Shown here one piece after another: positions 1 through 13,186 of a stretch of DNA of 64,000 nt. A program made the translations under genes and the position numbers. Position 1 is the first letter of the stretch, and each line of letters opens with the position of its first letter. Origin of the DNA: Octopus sinensis (Eukaryota); assembly GCF_006345805.1 (NCBI RefSeq), contig NC_043011.1, forward strand, positions 47,876,464-47,940,463, given 5' to 3'. A model generated the notes under the pieces. That model was not told the DNA's origin. It saw nothing but the letters and a program-made list of their open reading frames with translations, and did no database searches.

Positions 1-250
1 GTCAACAAGCAAAATTAGAATCGAGATGTATTTCTAATTATGGGGAAAGAGGAAGTTTACCAATCATTTTCATTTCTCCAGCAAAATATATTTAAACAAA
101 ACTTGGATAGCCAAAAGATTTTGACACAAAAATGTAAGCTGGAAATAAGAACTCTAAATATTTATAGGATATTTAAAGAGTGTCAAGGAAATTTGAAAAA
201 TGATCAAAGAATTTCAAAATAGTTCTGCCTATAAAACTTATAGTCGCCAT

Positions 251-433
251 GATAGATCAGTAGCCACTACACACATTATTTTCTCTCCTTGTTTTTTTCT
301 GTGTCCCTTTCTGTAGAAGAGTGTAGGCTCAAAACATAAAAGACTTTTTCTATTCCTGAGCTTTATACTAATATATCTGTTTGTTTTATACACCACCTGT
401 CTTCGTCTTTTGTTTTTTTTCGTGAACTCTCCC
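251..433 (+). mobile_element. Penelope-like terminal repeat fragment (family H1) with degenerate hammerhead-like motif
   Basis: Same ~180-bp sequence recurs at 27091-27277, 32885-33048 and 43608-43810 (all minus); contains cttt-CTGTAGA-A-GAGT-GTAG-GCTC-AAAAC-ATA-AAAG at 307-343. Penelope assignment is inference. Confidence 0.55.
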
Positions 434-1435
434 TACAATATATTTAGCATGTAGGTACACTAAAATTCTACAGACTAATTTTTGTTTTTGGTAACAACAT
501 CTTGATATGCTTTAATTCCTAGAATTACACAATTTGAGGGCAAGAGAAAATATGAAAAATTCTTCACAACTATGTAAACAGAATGTCTAGATCTTCCAAA
601 AGATGGTTTGGTAATTTCATTCACTAACTCAGTAATTTAATGCTTGCAGTACCTTCATTAAGTACCGTGAAAGAGAAGCAATCTTTCTTTCTTAGCATTC
701 TTGAAAGTATATGTATGCTGTGTGTAACTATACTTAAAGAAACACACTACTCGTCATTTAGAAGTTTATTTAGAATTATCTACCAATTTTGTTCCTGTGC
801 AAAATATTAACTCCATTCTGTCACATTTTCCATTAATTTGGCTTGAGTTTATGGTGGCACAAAATAATTGGGGGTGGTTAGATCATAGAGGCCTCATGAT
901 ATAATTTCTTCTGTTGAAATCAGAAATTGGATTACTGAGGCTGCTACAACAGCTGTAGCTAATTTTCAGCGGGTTTTTGTAGAAAAGTTTGTGAACATCA
1001 TCATCATCATGCTGGCATGGGTTGGATACATCAGTGACTAACTGAAAAATAGCCCTCGATGAGGCTTAAAATGTTTTTTCATACATTGAATGTTACAATC
1101 TGAGTGTGAGGAGGATTAAACCAAATGATGCTAAACTTATGTAACTTTTTGTGCTTCACAGTGTGTTATGACATATGCATTTAATAATGAAAGCCACTCT
1201 TTCCTAAAATATTGATGTTGTAAGGTGAAATCTAAGATCTCATAGTCATGAATAATTTATGTATAACATGAAGTATCACATTTCTAACATACTTAGATGT
1301 TAGAAATGCAATGCATAATGTTATTCACAAAATTATTAATGATGATGAGAGCTTGACTGGAAGTTTTATTAATACAAACAAAATCTTCATTTGGATTCTT
1401 ATAAGGACAAGAGTTAACTATAATTAAGTTTATAC

Positions 1436-1914
1436 ATATGTGAATGTATGGATACACATACACACATATACATAAACATATGAATGTGTGCATATGTGTG
1501 TGTGTATTTGTATGTATAGGCATTATGTGTATTATTTGTGCTAGCGAGGATGGTGGACATGATGTTATGTTGATGATGATGATGATGATGATGTGTGAGT
1601 ATACGCGTGCATGCATGTATATAAATATACATAGAGACACACATAAATATTTGATTATCATTTCATTCGCTGCCAATGAAATGATAATGAATATTACATA
1701 CAACACTTGTACACATTTGATGCATTCACTATTTAAAGGTTTTCTGTATGTTAAAACACTACTTTTTACTATTCACAGATACACATCTACATGTACAGAT
1801 GTATAAATACATATATGCATATATGCATAACATGGACATAAATATGCATATGTATATGTATATATGCATATTTATAAATACAAATATGCATATATATGTA
1901 TATATATGTGTCTG

Positions 1915-1957
<43 letters not shown>

Positions 1958-2174
1958 CATATTTATATACACGTGTGTATATGCATACACATTTATGCAC
2001 ATGCATATGTATATACATCCTTATATATATATCTATATATATGTTTGTATATTATATATACATACATATTTATATATATGTACATATATATGTTTGTATA
2101 TTATATAATATGCATATATGTTTATATATATGTATATATATATACATATATATATATGTATATATATATATATA
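1436..2174. repeat. Compound (TA)n/(TG)n/(CA)n microsatellite field
   Basis: Directly visible dinucleotide low complexity; source of the YIYI/CVCV ORFs. Similar fields occur throughout the window. Confidence 0.95.
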
Positions 2175-2619
2175 CAGGGGTTGGACAAAATAATGGAAAT
2201 ACCTTAAAATTTCAAACAAATTAATTATAATATGGGGTAGGACCACCCTTGGCAGTGATTACAGCTTGAATTCTATTAGGTATGGACTTGTACAAAGCTT
2301 GAATTATTTCCAAAGGAATTTTTGTCCATTCTTCAGCTAAAACAGTCTCCAGTTCTTGCAGTAATGATGGTGGAAGATATCGACTCCTTACTTGTTTTTA
2401 TAAAAAGCACCATAAATGTTCAATAATATTGAGATCTGGGGACTGTGGCAGCCAGATAAGATGCTCAACTTCACTAGAATGATATCTGAAAAGGAACAGC
2501 AATTTTAGCAAAACAAGTTAAGCAAAAAACAAAAATAAATAAGCTTTTGACAGTTTTTAGATATTTCAAAATTATGATGATATAATGCCAGGTGTTTCCA
2601 TTATTTTGTCCAACTTCTG
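2175..2619 (-). mobile_element. Tc1/mariner internal-deletion derivative with transposase C-terminal remnant
   Basis: TIRs CAGGGGTTGGACAAAATAATGGAAA (2175) / TTTCCATTATTTTGTCCAACTTCTG (to 2619), TA on both sides; minus 2454-2221 reads WLPQSPDLNIIEHLWCFL*KQVRSRYLPPSLLQELETVLAEEWTKIPLEIIQALYKSIPNRIQAVITAKGGPTPY (Tc1 SPDLN motif and AKGGxTxY end). Confidence 0.93.
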
Positions 2620-2661
2620 TATATATGAGTTGATGAGGTGTGTTAACCTTAACCCTAGGTT

Positions 2662-2736
2662 TAGTAAGATCCACTGATGAGAATTGAGATGCAATGCATC
2701 AGAATTCGAAATCATGTGATATGGGTACATCTACTA
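2662..2736 (+). ncRNA. Type I hammerhead ribozyme (intact core)
   Basis: CTGATGA 2674-2680; stem II GAATT/AATTC plus GATGC/GCATC (2681-2707, G10.1-C11.1); GAAA 2708-2711; stem III ATCA-TG-TGAT; AUA cleavage triplet ending at 2721; stem I CCA/TGG extended by AGAT/ATCT and TAGT/ACTA. Confidence 0.85.
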
Positions 2737-2939
2737 CTTCAGTAGGGAGCTAGCCTCACTACAGTACAGAGCTTCCTGTCTTTCCTGACCTTCATGAAAT
2801 TATTAAGATAGTGCTTTTTGTGGCTAATTAATTAATTTTGACACTTATTTCTAGCAATGCTGGTTTTACTTTGTACCCTTGTCCCTTTACTGATGTTGAA
2901 AAATTTGCCTTTAGGTTTTAACTGCTAAAAGCCACCTAA

Positions 2940-3104
2940 AAAGCACGTAAAAAGCACCTACTACACTCATGGAGTGGTTGGCGTTAGGAAGGGCATCCAG
3001 CCGTAGAAACACTGCCAGATCTGACTGGGCCTGATGAAGCCTTCCAGCTTCACAGACCCCAGTTGAACCATCCAACCCATGCTAGCATGGAAAACGGACA
3101 CTAA

Positions 3105-3135
<31 letters not shown>
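2940..3135 (+). mobile_element. RTE-type LINE 3' end / derived element with (GAT)n tail
   Basis: gcacgtaaaaagcacc...ggcgttaggaagggcatccagc...ccaacccatgctagcatggaaaacggac...(gat)n; many copies in the window. Confidence 0.75.
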
Positions 3136-3136
<1 letters not shown>

Positions 3137-3139
3137 ATA

Positions 3140-3345
3140 CTCAATCCAAACATGAACAAGCAAGAAAAACCAACAACGTGAGGACGTGGAATAAGTACAG
3201 TGTTATTGGACACTCAGGAAAGGAAAGAAAAGAAAGAGGATTTCATGTTTCGAGCGGAGCTCTTCATCAAGAATATAGAAAAAGTTCAAAGAAGGGAAGA
3301 CGGAGAAAGAAAATTGCCAACCATACACATACGGTCACATATTGA
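3140..3345 (-). mobile_element. Penelope-like terminal repeat fragment (family H2)
   Basis: Reverse-complement homolog of 37752-37965; minus motif TTGATGA-A-GAGC-TCC-GCTC-GAAAC at 3270-3247. Confidence 0.55.
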
Positions 3346-3384
3346 AATCACTACAATTGTTTTGACACTATATATATATAGTTG

Positions 3385-3525
3385 GAGCTTTAAAAAAAAC
3401 AAAACAAAACAAAAGACAAAGATAGGTGTGTTTTGAGCCTATGATCTTCATCAGAAAAGAACACAGAAATAAGCAAAGAGAGAAAATAAAAAAAGGTTTG
3501 GTGGCTAGTGATCAATCATATACGG
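3385..3525 (-). mobile_element. H1-related repeat fragment with CTGATGA core
   Basis: Minus: tttt-CTGATGA-A-GATC-ATAG-GCTC-AAAAC; flanks resemble H1 (ctgtgt..ttt before the core; gtagccac-like 5' end). Confidence 0.45.
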
Positions 3526-3975
3526 GCACCGGCACCAAGAACATGATGGAAGCTTTAAGTGACACACACGTTTTTTTCTACTAATATTTATGTAATCAGT
3601 CTCAGTTCAAATTTGCTGTGTAGCATAGAGAACCTCCTAGAACACAATACAAGTTTAAATGTATTCCTGTATTTATCATCGAAGCTACTTTGTCATATTC
3701 ATGCAGACAATTTGAATCAATTGGTTTGAATGGAATTAAAGAATTTGCCAAGAGACACCAAAAAAAAAAAAGACTCTGAAAATGTCGTCCACAAATTTTA
3801 GTCACTTCTGACCAACAACCAATTAGTCTTATACACGTCTACACATCTTTTACAATTGGTATGTGATGTATATCTGCTGTATCTTAATTTGTTTGCATTG
3901 TTTGTCTTCATATTTTGTCATTCTTGTCTGATATGATTATATTCTATATCTCTCTATTTCTCTCTCTCTCTCCCT

Positions 3976-4035
<60 letters not shown>

Positions 4036-4671
4036 AAGTATGTGTATATATATAAATGTATGTATTGAACTCCTTGAAAATGGAAAAATATCTTCTGGCA
4101 ACATTTGTTATTTGAATTTTTCATTTATATATATATATATATACACATCCACATATGTTGTAATGTAAAGATTATTTTCTATAAAATACTTGCTCTTGTT
4201 TTATCTGATGAAATCTGAAGTGAATCTGATACAGTCTTATGGTGATAAAAGTATGTCGAGTGTGTTAGTACCAGAGACAATAATGTCGGTAGATCAAAAC
4301 TCTCTATATTGTGTCTATTTAACTACTCGAAGACAAAAATATCTGATGGCAACATTTGATATTTGAGTTTTCAATTCAATTGAAAATTTCTTAGCAACGT
4401 TAGAATTGTTTATGTATGCGTGTGCACACAATGTCTGTATAATTGTGTTTATATTTGTAGCTAATGAACGATGGGATAACGAGTTGTGTCTGGGCAGAGA
4501 ATTTCTCTGGGATTGTTTTATTATAACACCATGTTAGCCCTGATTAAGTAGAGTTATGCTTAAGCTCAGTCCAGGAAATTTATTCTAATTTTTTTCTTTC
4601 CACAGACACACTGAATGTAATTTCACTTCATCCAACCCGCTCTTCATGTTCAAGGTATTTGTATATTTAAG

Positions 4672-5087
4672 GCAATGGGCTGGCAGAAACGTTAGCGCGC
4701 TGGGTGAAATGCTTAGCGGTATTTCATCTACCGTTACATTCTGAGTTGAAATTCTGCCGAGGTTGACTTTGCCTTTCATCCTTTTGGAGTCGATTAAATT
4801 AAGTACCAGTTATGCTCTGGGGTCGATGTAATCGACTTAATCCATTCGTCTGTCCTTGTTTGTCCTCTCTGTGTTTAGTCCCTTGTGGGTAGTAAAGAAA
4901 TAGGTATTTCGTCTGCCATTACGTTCTGAGTTCAAATTCTGCCGAGGTCAACTTTGCCTTTCATCCTTTCGGGGTCGATAAATTAAGTACCTGTTATGCT
5001 CTGAGGTCGATGTAATCGACTTAATCCGTTCGTCTGTCCTTGTTTGTCCCCTCTGTGTTTAGCCCCTTGTGGATAGTAAAGAAATAA
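4672..5087 (+). mobile_element. tRNA-derived SINE family B, head-to-tail dimer
   Basis: Head gctggcagaaacgttagc...gagttcaaattc (B box), central gcctttcatcctttcggggtcgataaattaagtacc, tail gtaaagaaata; second unit restarts at ggtatttcgtc (~4902). Confidence 0.9.
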
Positions 5088-5134
5088 GTATTAGTATATG
5101 GTTTAAGAGCTTTTAGTTGCTACTTTTAAAAGAT

Positions 5135-5375
5135 GGTGGAAGCATGTGGCTTAGTGGTTAGGGTATTGGACTGATGACTGTAAGATTGTGGTTTCAATTC
5201 CTGGACTGGATGACACATGTTCTTGAGCAAACTTCTTCATTTTACATTGCTTCTGTTAACTCAGCTGGCAAAAATGAATAATCCTCATCAGTGATGTACC
5301 AGCACCCCATCCCAGTGGAGAAGACAAATGCCATGGAAACCAGGAAACCAGCCCTTATGACTTGGAATGATTCAA
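5135..5375 (+). mobile_element. tRNA-derived SINE family D (diverged)
   Basis: A box tggcttagtgg, B box ggtttcaattcc; homologous to 15574-15825 and 59334-59565. Confidence 0.75.
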
Positions 5376-6124
5376 CAAGGAAGCTTTCTTTTATTTTACT
5401 TTTGAATGACTAACCATTTATAAAGAACAGGAGTGGTGAACTATTTTAGTACCAAGGTTGCATAACATGCATGTAACAACCTATGTAAAGCATCTCTACC
5501 GAGAAAAATAAATCTTCAATTTTATGAATTTATAGATATGTAACTTATATAAGCTTAATAATTTGGTTTTTGAGGCTTAAATCCTCATATATATTTGCTC
5601 TCTCATAGGCTCATTGGGATGATAGAGAGGTTCTCCTTTAATCTATGGTGTATATGTATGGAGTCAAAATCAAAGAGATGTCTAATCACCTGAGGAAGTG
5701 CATTGGAGGGACAATAATGATTACATAACGTCTTACCAATGTACTACAAGTATAAAAATGTGTCAAAACAATTGTAGTGATCTAAGATAAAAACTGTCAT
5801 ACATTCCATTTTCTATCATGTAGATTTACATATAAACTCTTTTGTTACAATGGAATTTCTGATGTATATCCATTAGCAGTAGCAATTTCACTGTATGATG
5901 ACATCAGCTAACCAATAATTGAGGATGAGCCTTACATAGCATTCTACAAGATTTTTACCTGAGTATTATTTAACTATATATCTGGTTTATATATTTAGTG
6001 AATCTGCCTTGAAATACTATATTTTCTAAATATTTGTTGTGTGTTATAGTAACTTGATTGAAAGGAAAAACATCAATGACATGAGACAACGATCAATTTA
6101 GAGAATTATGAAATAATGTGTGAA

Positions 6125-6528
6125 GGCGTAGGAGTGGCTGTGTGGTAAGTAGCTTGCTTACGAACCACATGGTTCCGGGTTCAGTCCCACTACGTGGCAC
6201 CTTGGGCAAGTGTCTTCTACTATAGCCTTGGGCTGACCAAAGCCTTGTGAGTGGATTTGGTAGACGGAAACTGAAAGAAGCCTGTCATATACATGTACAT
6301 ATGTGTGTGTATATATGTTTGTGTGTTTGTGTTTGTCCTCCCACCATCGTTTGACAACCGATGCTGGTGTGTTTACGTCCCCCTAACTTAGCAGTTTGGC
6401 AAAAGAGACCGATAGAATAAGTACTAGGCTTACAGAGAATAAGTTCTGGAATCGATTTGCTCGGCTAAAGGCGGTGCTCCAGCATGGCTACAGTCAAATG
6501 ACTGAAACAAGTAAAAGAGTAAAAGAAG
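6125..6528 (+). mobile_element. tRNA-derived SINE family A, full length (CORE-like centre, internal microsatellite)
   Basis: A box tggctgtgtgg, B box ggttcagtccc, CORE-like gcaccttgggcaagtg, internal TA/TG tract, tail gctccagcatggc..cagtcaaatgactgaaacaagtaaaagag. Confidence 0.9.
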
Positions 6529-6769
6529 GAGTTGGAGTTTTTCCAGGATGGATATATGATGGGGACAGGACCAGTGGCTATCCTGTTATGCATATGCGAT
6601 CTATATAGAATCAGTGGTGGTCATGGATGGATGTGATGTATGCAGGATTGATAGCTGTTATGTATGGACACGAGATCTGTCTTCCCCAATAGAAGTGTTA
6701 AGGCCACTAGCCCTGGTGAAGGGGGTTGATCTGCAAGAGTTGCGTACCAGTGCTATGCAAAAAGCACTC

Positions 6770-6982
6770 ATGTCAGTGCCTTGTAAAAGTGCTCATGTAG
6801 TGCCAGGTTAAAAGCACCCAGCACATACCATAAAGTGGTTGGCACAAGGAAGGGCATCCAGCCATAGAAACCAAGCCATATCAGCTATAGAAACCCAGTG
6901 CAGCTCTTCAGGTTGCTAGTTCTGGTCAAAACATCCAAACTATGCCAGTATAGAAAATAGATGTTAAAGGATGATGATGATG
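6770..6982 (+). mobile_element. RTE-type 3' end, diverged
   Basis: ttaaaagcaccc...ggaagggcatccagcc...(gat)n. Confidence 0.7.
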
Positions 6983-7307
6983 AGGTGTGTATAAATGGCA
7001 GTTGTTCTGTAGTGGATTTTATGATGTGTGACTGATTGGCTGTCCATTCTAGTATGGTTATGCGGTATGAACAGGACTGACAGCTGATATGGCATGAATA
7101 TGTGACAGACACCAAGTCCAGTGTGTGATAAGTGTTGGAATGATAGCTGTCCTATATCTGACCTTAGTTTCTGACTGGTACTACACATATTGTATCTCTC
7201 TCCATATACTTATCACCCTTCCTTCTATTTTTCACTACCTCTCTTTATTTCTTCATTTCTCCTTTTCAGGTATGTGTATGTATGTATGTATGTATGTATG
7301 TATATTT

Positions 7308-7525
7308 CATTATTGCACACAAGGAGCGAAACATAGAGGGGACAAATAAGGGATTAAGTCGATTACATCGACCCCAGTGTGTAAATGGTACTTATTTAAT
7401 CAACCCCCGAAAGGATGAAAGGCAAAGTCGACCTCAGCGGAATTTGAACTCAGAACGTTACAGCAGATGAAATAGCACTAAGCATTTTGTCCTGTGTGCT
7501 AAGGTTTCTGCCAGCTCGCCGCCTT
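7308..7525 (-). mobile_element. SINE family B
   Basis: Reverse complement of the family B consensus, ending gccagctcgccgcc. Confidence 0.9.
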
Positions 7526-9424
7526 GAATGAATGAATGAATGTATGCATGTATATGTATGTGTGTGTATGAATACGTTTGTATGTATGTGGGTGTATATA
7601 TGTATGTATATGTGTGTGCAGCTAGATTATTAGACAGATAGATAAATGTGTGTGCTATGTTCTTTTATCCTTCATTTGTACCCCTACATGTATGTGTGTG
7701 TCCGTTTAAGTATACGCACATATACTTGCATCTATATCCGTCACATAGTCCATCTATTTCTCATACGCATACATAAATGCATGGATGGGTTGTTAGAACG
7801 CAATAAACAAATATAATACTACGTTTCATAGATGAAATTAGTTTGTGTTGAAAATGTCTGTAAGAACAAAAAGACAACCAAAAAAAAAAAAGGAAATATT
7901 AAAAAAATAATACAAAGATAAATAAAAATAGCTCCTACTCCTCCCCACGCAGAAAAATTATATAAATAAAACAAAAAAAGCAAAATCAAAAAAAAACTCC
8001 ACGAAGTTTGTTCCTTGCAGCTAAACAGTGATCAGTGCCAGGAATGTAGAAAAACCCCAAAAAACACACAGAAAACACACAGAAAAAACAAATGAAAGAA
8101 CATCTGAGTGACTAAGTAAATGAAAGTGACTGATTGGTTTGTAACATTTTTGGTTGGATGTCTTTACTTAGATCAAACCAAACAACCAGAGTTTCTTAGA
8201 CTGGGGGGCTTTATACGTGTTTTTTTTTTATAGCTTTTTTGTTCTTATCTACCTTTTAATTTTAAAGGTTGTTTTTGTTGTTTGTTGTATTTTTAAACTT
8301 TTATATTCTTTTTATTTTGGTTTTTGTAGTTCAGGGAATTTTTGGTGTTTCTTTCTGTTTTTTATTTTTTATTTTTAATTGTTGCTTGTTACTTCTTGGA
8401 AGATTTATTTTTGTGATTTTAATTGTTTGTAGTTATTTTTAATTTCTTCTTTTAGGTTGTATATATAATTTGTAGCTAACTTGAGTTTTGCTGGGTCTTC
8501 TTTTTTTTTCTGTTTGTTTTTCATTTTTGCCTTGTTTTGCTTTTATTATATTTCATTTATGTAATTAATTGGTGTTTTATGTTTTTGTTCTTTTTCTTTT
8601 ATGCAATTTTTATACTAATTATCGAAGCAGTTACAATATAGTACATAAGAGTACAGTAGACATTGACTGATGAATAATGCAGACTTATACACATGCACAA
8701 GACTCACATTCAAATATATCTACACTCATACACACTTGCATCTAAATACATACACATATTCATGCGCACACACACAAACACACAAACACACATCTCAGAA
8801 CTCTTATACAAATGCAACACTTATATATATATATATATATTAGACTTACAGATACATGTTGATACATGCACATACATAGGTACAAATACATAGTAACCCA
8901 TACATGTGCATTCATCCAGAGATACACACAGGTATTTGGAAACCTATACACATGCACATTTCCATTCATAGGTGATATTCACTCAACCAAACACGTGGAA
9001 ACTCACTCTGCTGGTTGAGGGAAGTCTTTAGTTTTGCTACATGTAACCTTTCTACTGTCAGTGGCATGAGAAAATATACAAGCAGTTCATGTTTCAAAGG
9101 TGTTGATGACAGGAAGGACATCATGCCATTAGAAGGCAGAGAAATGTCTTGGGTTGATGTCTTTGGTTGCTTCTTGTCAGAGACCACAACAAAATGTATA
9201 AGTATGAATCCTAGCCACCAAAGCAAGCATGAGAAAAACAATATAAAAATGAAACATACTCACATACACACACATTCACATCTAGCTTACTGAAAGTGAT
9301 TTTGTTTTAATCTCACAACTCTAATTTCATGCCACTGCAATCTTCAGGTGAGAACTGCTACAACTCAGTTTTAGTGAGACATTTATATTTGCTAGTGGGA
9401 GTGTGGTCTCATGTATGTATCCAT

Positions 9425-9519
9425 TCATTGGTTTACATTTTGTATTTGCTGATTGGCTATAATACTTCTGCCTGCCTGTGTATTAGTTATCTTCTGACGA
9501 TGTGGGCTGCCACCTACAT
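9425..9519 (-). CDS. Candidate terminal coding exon (phase 1): (D)VGGSPHRQKITNTQAGRSIIANQQIQNVNQ*
   Basis: Minus acceptor ctcattctacctgccacttttaacatctcag; non-repetitive open frame to TGA. No homology recognised. Confidence 0.35.
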
Positions 9520-10268
9520 CTGAGATGTTAAAAGTGGCAGGTAGAATGAGTGTGGCAAGCAGAAAATAGCTTCTATTAACCCTATACAAAATTATATCTC
9601 TTCACACCCAGATCAGCTTTGTAATTTTCATCATCATCATCATTGTCATCATCATCACCCCCACCAACACCATTCTCATCATTTAGTGTTAATTCTCCAT
9701 GCTGGTATAGGTTGGATACCTTGCTAGGAAATGGTAGGGTCAGGGGCTGTAACAGGTTCCATAGTCTGTTTACATTTGGTCTCTACAACTCGATACAAAT
9801 TCTATAAAATGGTAACAGATTGGATATTGGAGAATGGGATTGATACAAACAACTACAAATTAAGAACTCTGCATATCCATAGTCCAATGACTAAAGCCAT
9901 AATATGAATGAAAAAATTTTTTAAACAGAAATTTGAAAAGATATTTAGAATGTGAAAATATAACCACAAAAAATGCTAATTTATTTTTTTCTTGAAATTT
10001 TTTGTCAGAGTTGTATCCAACTATGTTTAACATACATAAATGATAAAAGTATTCTTTTATTCATTGGAAATAATCTACTTATTTCAGGAAAATAATATAT
10101 CTAAATTTTATCTTTTATTTTATTCGAAAAGTTCTTTAAAAGAATAAAATCGTAAAGCAAAATGAAACAAAAACTGCTCAAATAAAAGACATTACAGGTT
10201 AATATAAGAAAAAAAGAATGGTGCATATATAATGTGTGTATGTCTGTATGAATATGTGTGTATGTATG

Positions 10269-10328
<60 letters not shown>

Positions 10329-11124
10329 TGCACACACACACACACATGTATCTGGTATATATGCATGTATGTCAATGAATGTGCGCATATGTGTATGAGT
10401 GCATATACATGCATGTATACATACGTATGTATATGTATACATGCATGTAAGTATCTTTGTATATATTTTCATATATGTACATATCCTTATATATATATAT
10501 GTTTATATATATATATATATATATATATATGTTTATATGTCTATGTATACAGACAGACAGACACACACATACACACACACATATGTATATGCATACAAAC
10601 ACATAGATAACTTTGTATGTCTATGTGGATGCATGTATATATGTGTTCACGAGTGCATTTGTGCTAATGTACATTTTAGGCCTGTGGGTGTGTATGTGAA
10701 TATATGAGTTTCCGAGTTTTACTGAAAATTGTATCCTATTCAGATTATAGTTTCAACAATATTTTTCAAAAAACAGCAAAAATCAAACCAACAAAAGCCG
10801 AATTAAATCACTGACTAACGTAAAATAGTTCCATTCTTATACTAAACATTTCTATTGAAGATAATTCTTCTCCACCACTAGATTTAGATTATAGCTTTTT
10901 AGCAGTGTCACTAATTCTTTAAAGATGCTCATTGAGACTCATACTTCCATACATTACAGGCTCTGATATTTGCCACTTGCATGGGTATGTGTAGGCATCT
11001 ACAAGCACACACGAGGGTATTTGATAAGATAGCTAGAAATCATTAGTGATCTCAGCAGTTGGGACACAGCATGAGGGAACTGTTGATATTGTTAGGCCTA
11101 ACTCACCACAAAGTAAATTATCTT

Positions 11125-11315
11125 TTTATTGCCCACAAGGGGCTAAACATAGAGGGGACAAACAAAGACAGACAAAGGGATTAGGTCGATTACATCGACC
11201 CCAGTGCGTAACTGGTACTTAATTTATCGATCCCGAAAGGATGAAAGGCAAAGTTGACCTCGGCGGAATTTGAACTCAGAACGTAGCGGCAGATGAAATA
11301 CCACTAAGCCTTTCG
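11125..11315 (-). mobile_element. SINE family B
   Basis: Reverse complement of the family B body and tail. Confidence 0.88.
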
Positions 11316-11468
11316 CTTGATATGAAACATATGTAGCCCGGATCTTATCTATTCCATTCCTTAGCTCTTGTGTAGATATGTATATATAATTATATATCAT
11401 ATAATAATTTAAATATATATATGCATTTATATATCTATATATATATTTATTTATATATATATATTTAT

Positions 11469-11514
<46 letters not shown>

Positions 11515-11570
11515 CTATATATATATATAAATATGTATATATCTATCTATATATATATATATATATATAT

Positions 11571-11795
11571 TTCTTTACTGCCCACAAGGGGCTAAACACA
11601 GACGGGACAATAAGGACAGACGAACGGATTAAGTCGATTATATCGACCCCAGTGTGTAACTGGTACTTAATTTATCGACCCCGAAAGGATGAAAGGCAAA
11701 GTCGACCTCGGCGGAATTTGAACTCGGAACGTGACGACAGACGAAATACAGCTACGCACTTCGCCCAGCGTGCTAACGTTTCTGCCAGCTCGCCG
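11571..11795 (-). mobile_element. SINE family B, full length, CpG-rich (young)
   Basis: Close to the consensus seen in other copies; flanked by (TA)n on both sides. Confidence 0.92.
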
Positions 11796-12695
11796 ATATA
11801 TATATATATATATATATCAGTTAAATATAAATATATATGTAATATATATTACATAGATACTATTACACCAACCTACCTACTACCTAATCCCCTACCCACC
11901 CACTTATAGCTATAACTAAGAGAATTTAAACAATGGGTTGAAAATTCCTTTTGGACAGAAAAAGTTGAAGTCTACACATCATATCTACTGATATGCATTT
12001 ATGTCACAGAGACAGCCTTCAAAATTTTATATAAAGTGAGAATAGGTTGGTTTATGGGATTACCCTGGGTTTCACGTTCATAAAGCACTTACTTTTACAG
12101 CATATCTTCATACACATATATGTATATATATATACATACATACATACATACATACATGCACATGCACACACACACATATACACAAAATTATGGAATAAAG
12201 TTGATAAAATCCAGGCTACATATGTTTTAATAGATAGCAGAAATTCAGAAGTAGGAAATTAGCCAAACGAGAGGTAATCCACTGGCTATATGTCGGGCCG
12301 AATATACCTTAGTCAAATGAAGGTTACATTTAGGATTTTTATTCACATACACATCAACCCCATCTGCAAACCATGAACTATAGAATAATATTTTTACTGC
12401 TTATCGAACTTCGATATGGGAAACATTTACAACATTCTATGTCAATAAACCACTATTGTTGCTGAAAGATGTTTTTTTATATCTTCTACAGACGGCTCAA
12501 AACTTACTAGCTTCCTTGATTCTTGATCCTGGTATCTTACCTTTATATATATCTACACAAACACACACATACGTGCGTGTGTGTTTGTGTGTGTGTGTTC
12601 GTGTAGATATATATGCCATTTTTTGCCTTCAGAATAAATAATCAAAATTGTTGTTCATAATGCTCTTGCTCTCATTCTTTCACCCTGTAAACATA

Positions 12696-12877
12696 GGTGC
12701 AGGCATGGCTGTGTGGTAAGAAGCTTGCTGCCCAACCACATGGTTTTGGGTTCTGCCCATTGCGTGACACCTTGTGTCTTTTACTATAGCCTCAGGCCAA
12801 CCAAAGCTTCGTGAGTGGTTTTATATATATATATATACAAACATATATACACACATATATATATACACACACACATG

Positions 12878-12930
<53 letters not shown>

Positions 12931-12957
12931 CACATATATATATACATATATATATAC

Positions 12958-12997
<40 letters not shown>

Positions 12998-13142
12998 TAT
13001 GTACATATATATATATATACATATATATATTATATATATATATATATAATATACATATATATATATACATATATATATACATATATATATATACATATAT
13101 ATATAATATATATATACATATATATACATATATATATATAAT

Positions 13143-13186
<44 letters not shown>

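Noticed and set aside
2645-2662. Telomere-like taaccttaaccctagg upstream of the hammerhead
   Set aside because: Only one CCCTAA-like unit; not a telomeric array.
3029-3055. CTGATGA in an RTE tail as a hammerhead
   Set aside because: Other copies read ctggtgcagcc at this position; no GAAA or stems.
7245-7276. Plus-strand CAG/GTATGT recursive-splice-like site
   Set aside because: The donor-like hexamer is the start of a (GTAT)n microsatellite next to a SINE end.
9322-9349. Minus CTGAAGA-TTGCAGTGGCAT-GAAA hammerhead-like motif
   Set aside because: U-U at the stem II base and no stem I pairing; probably chance.
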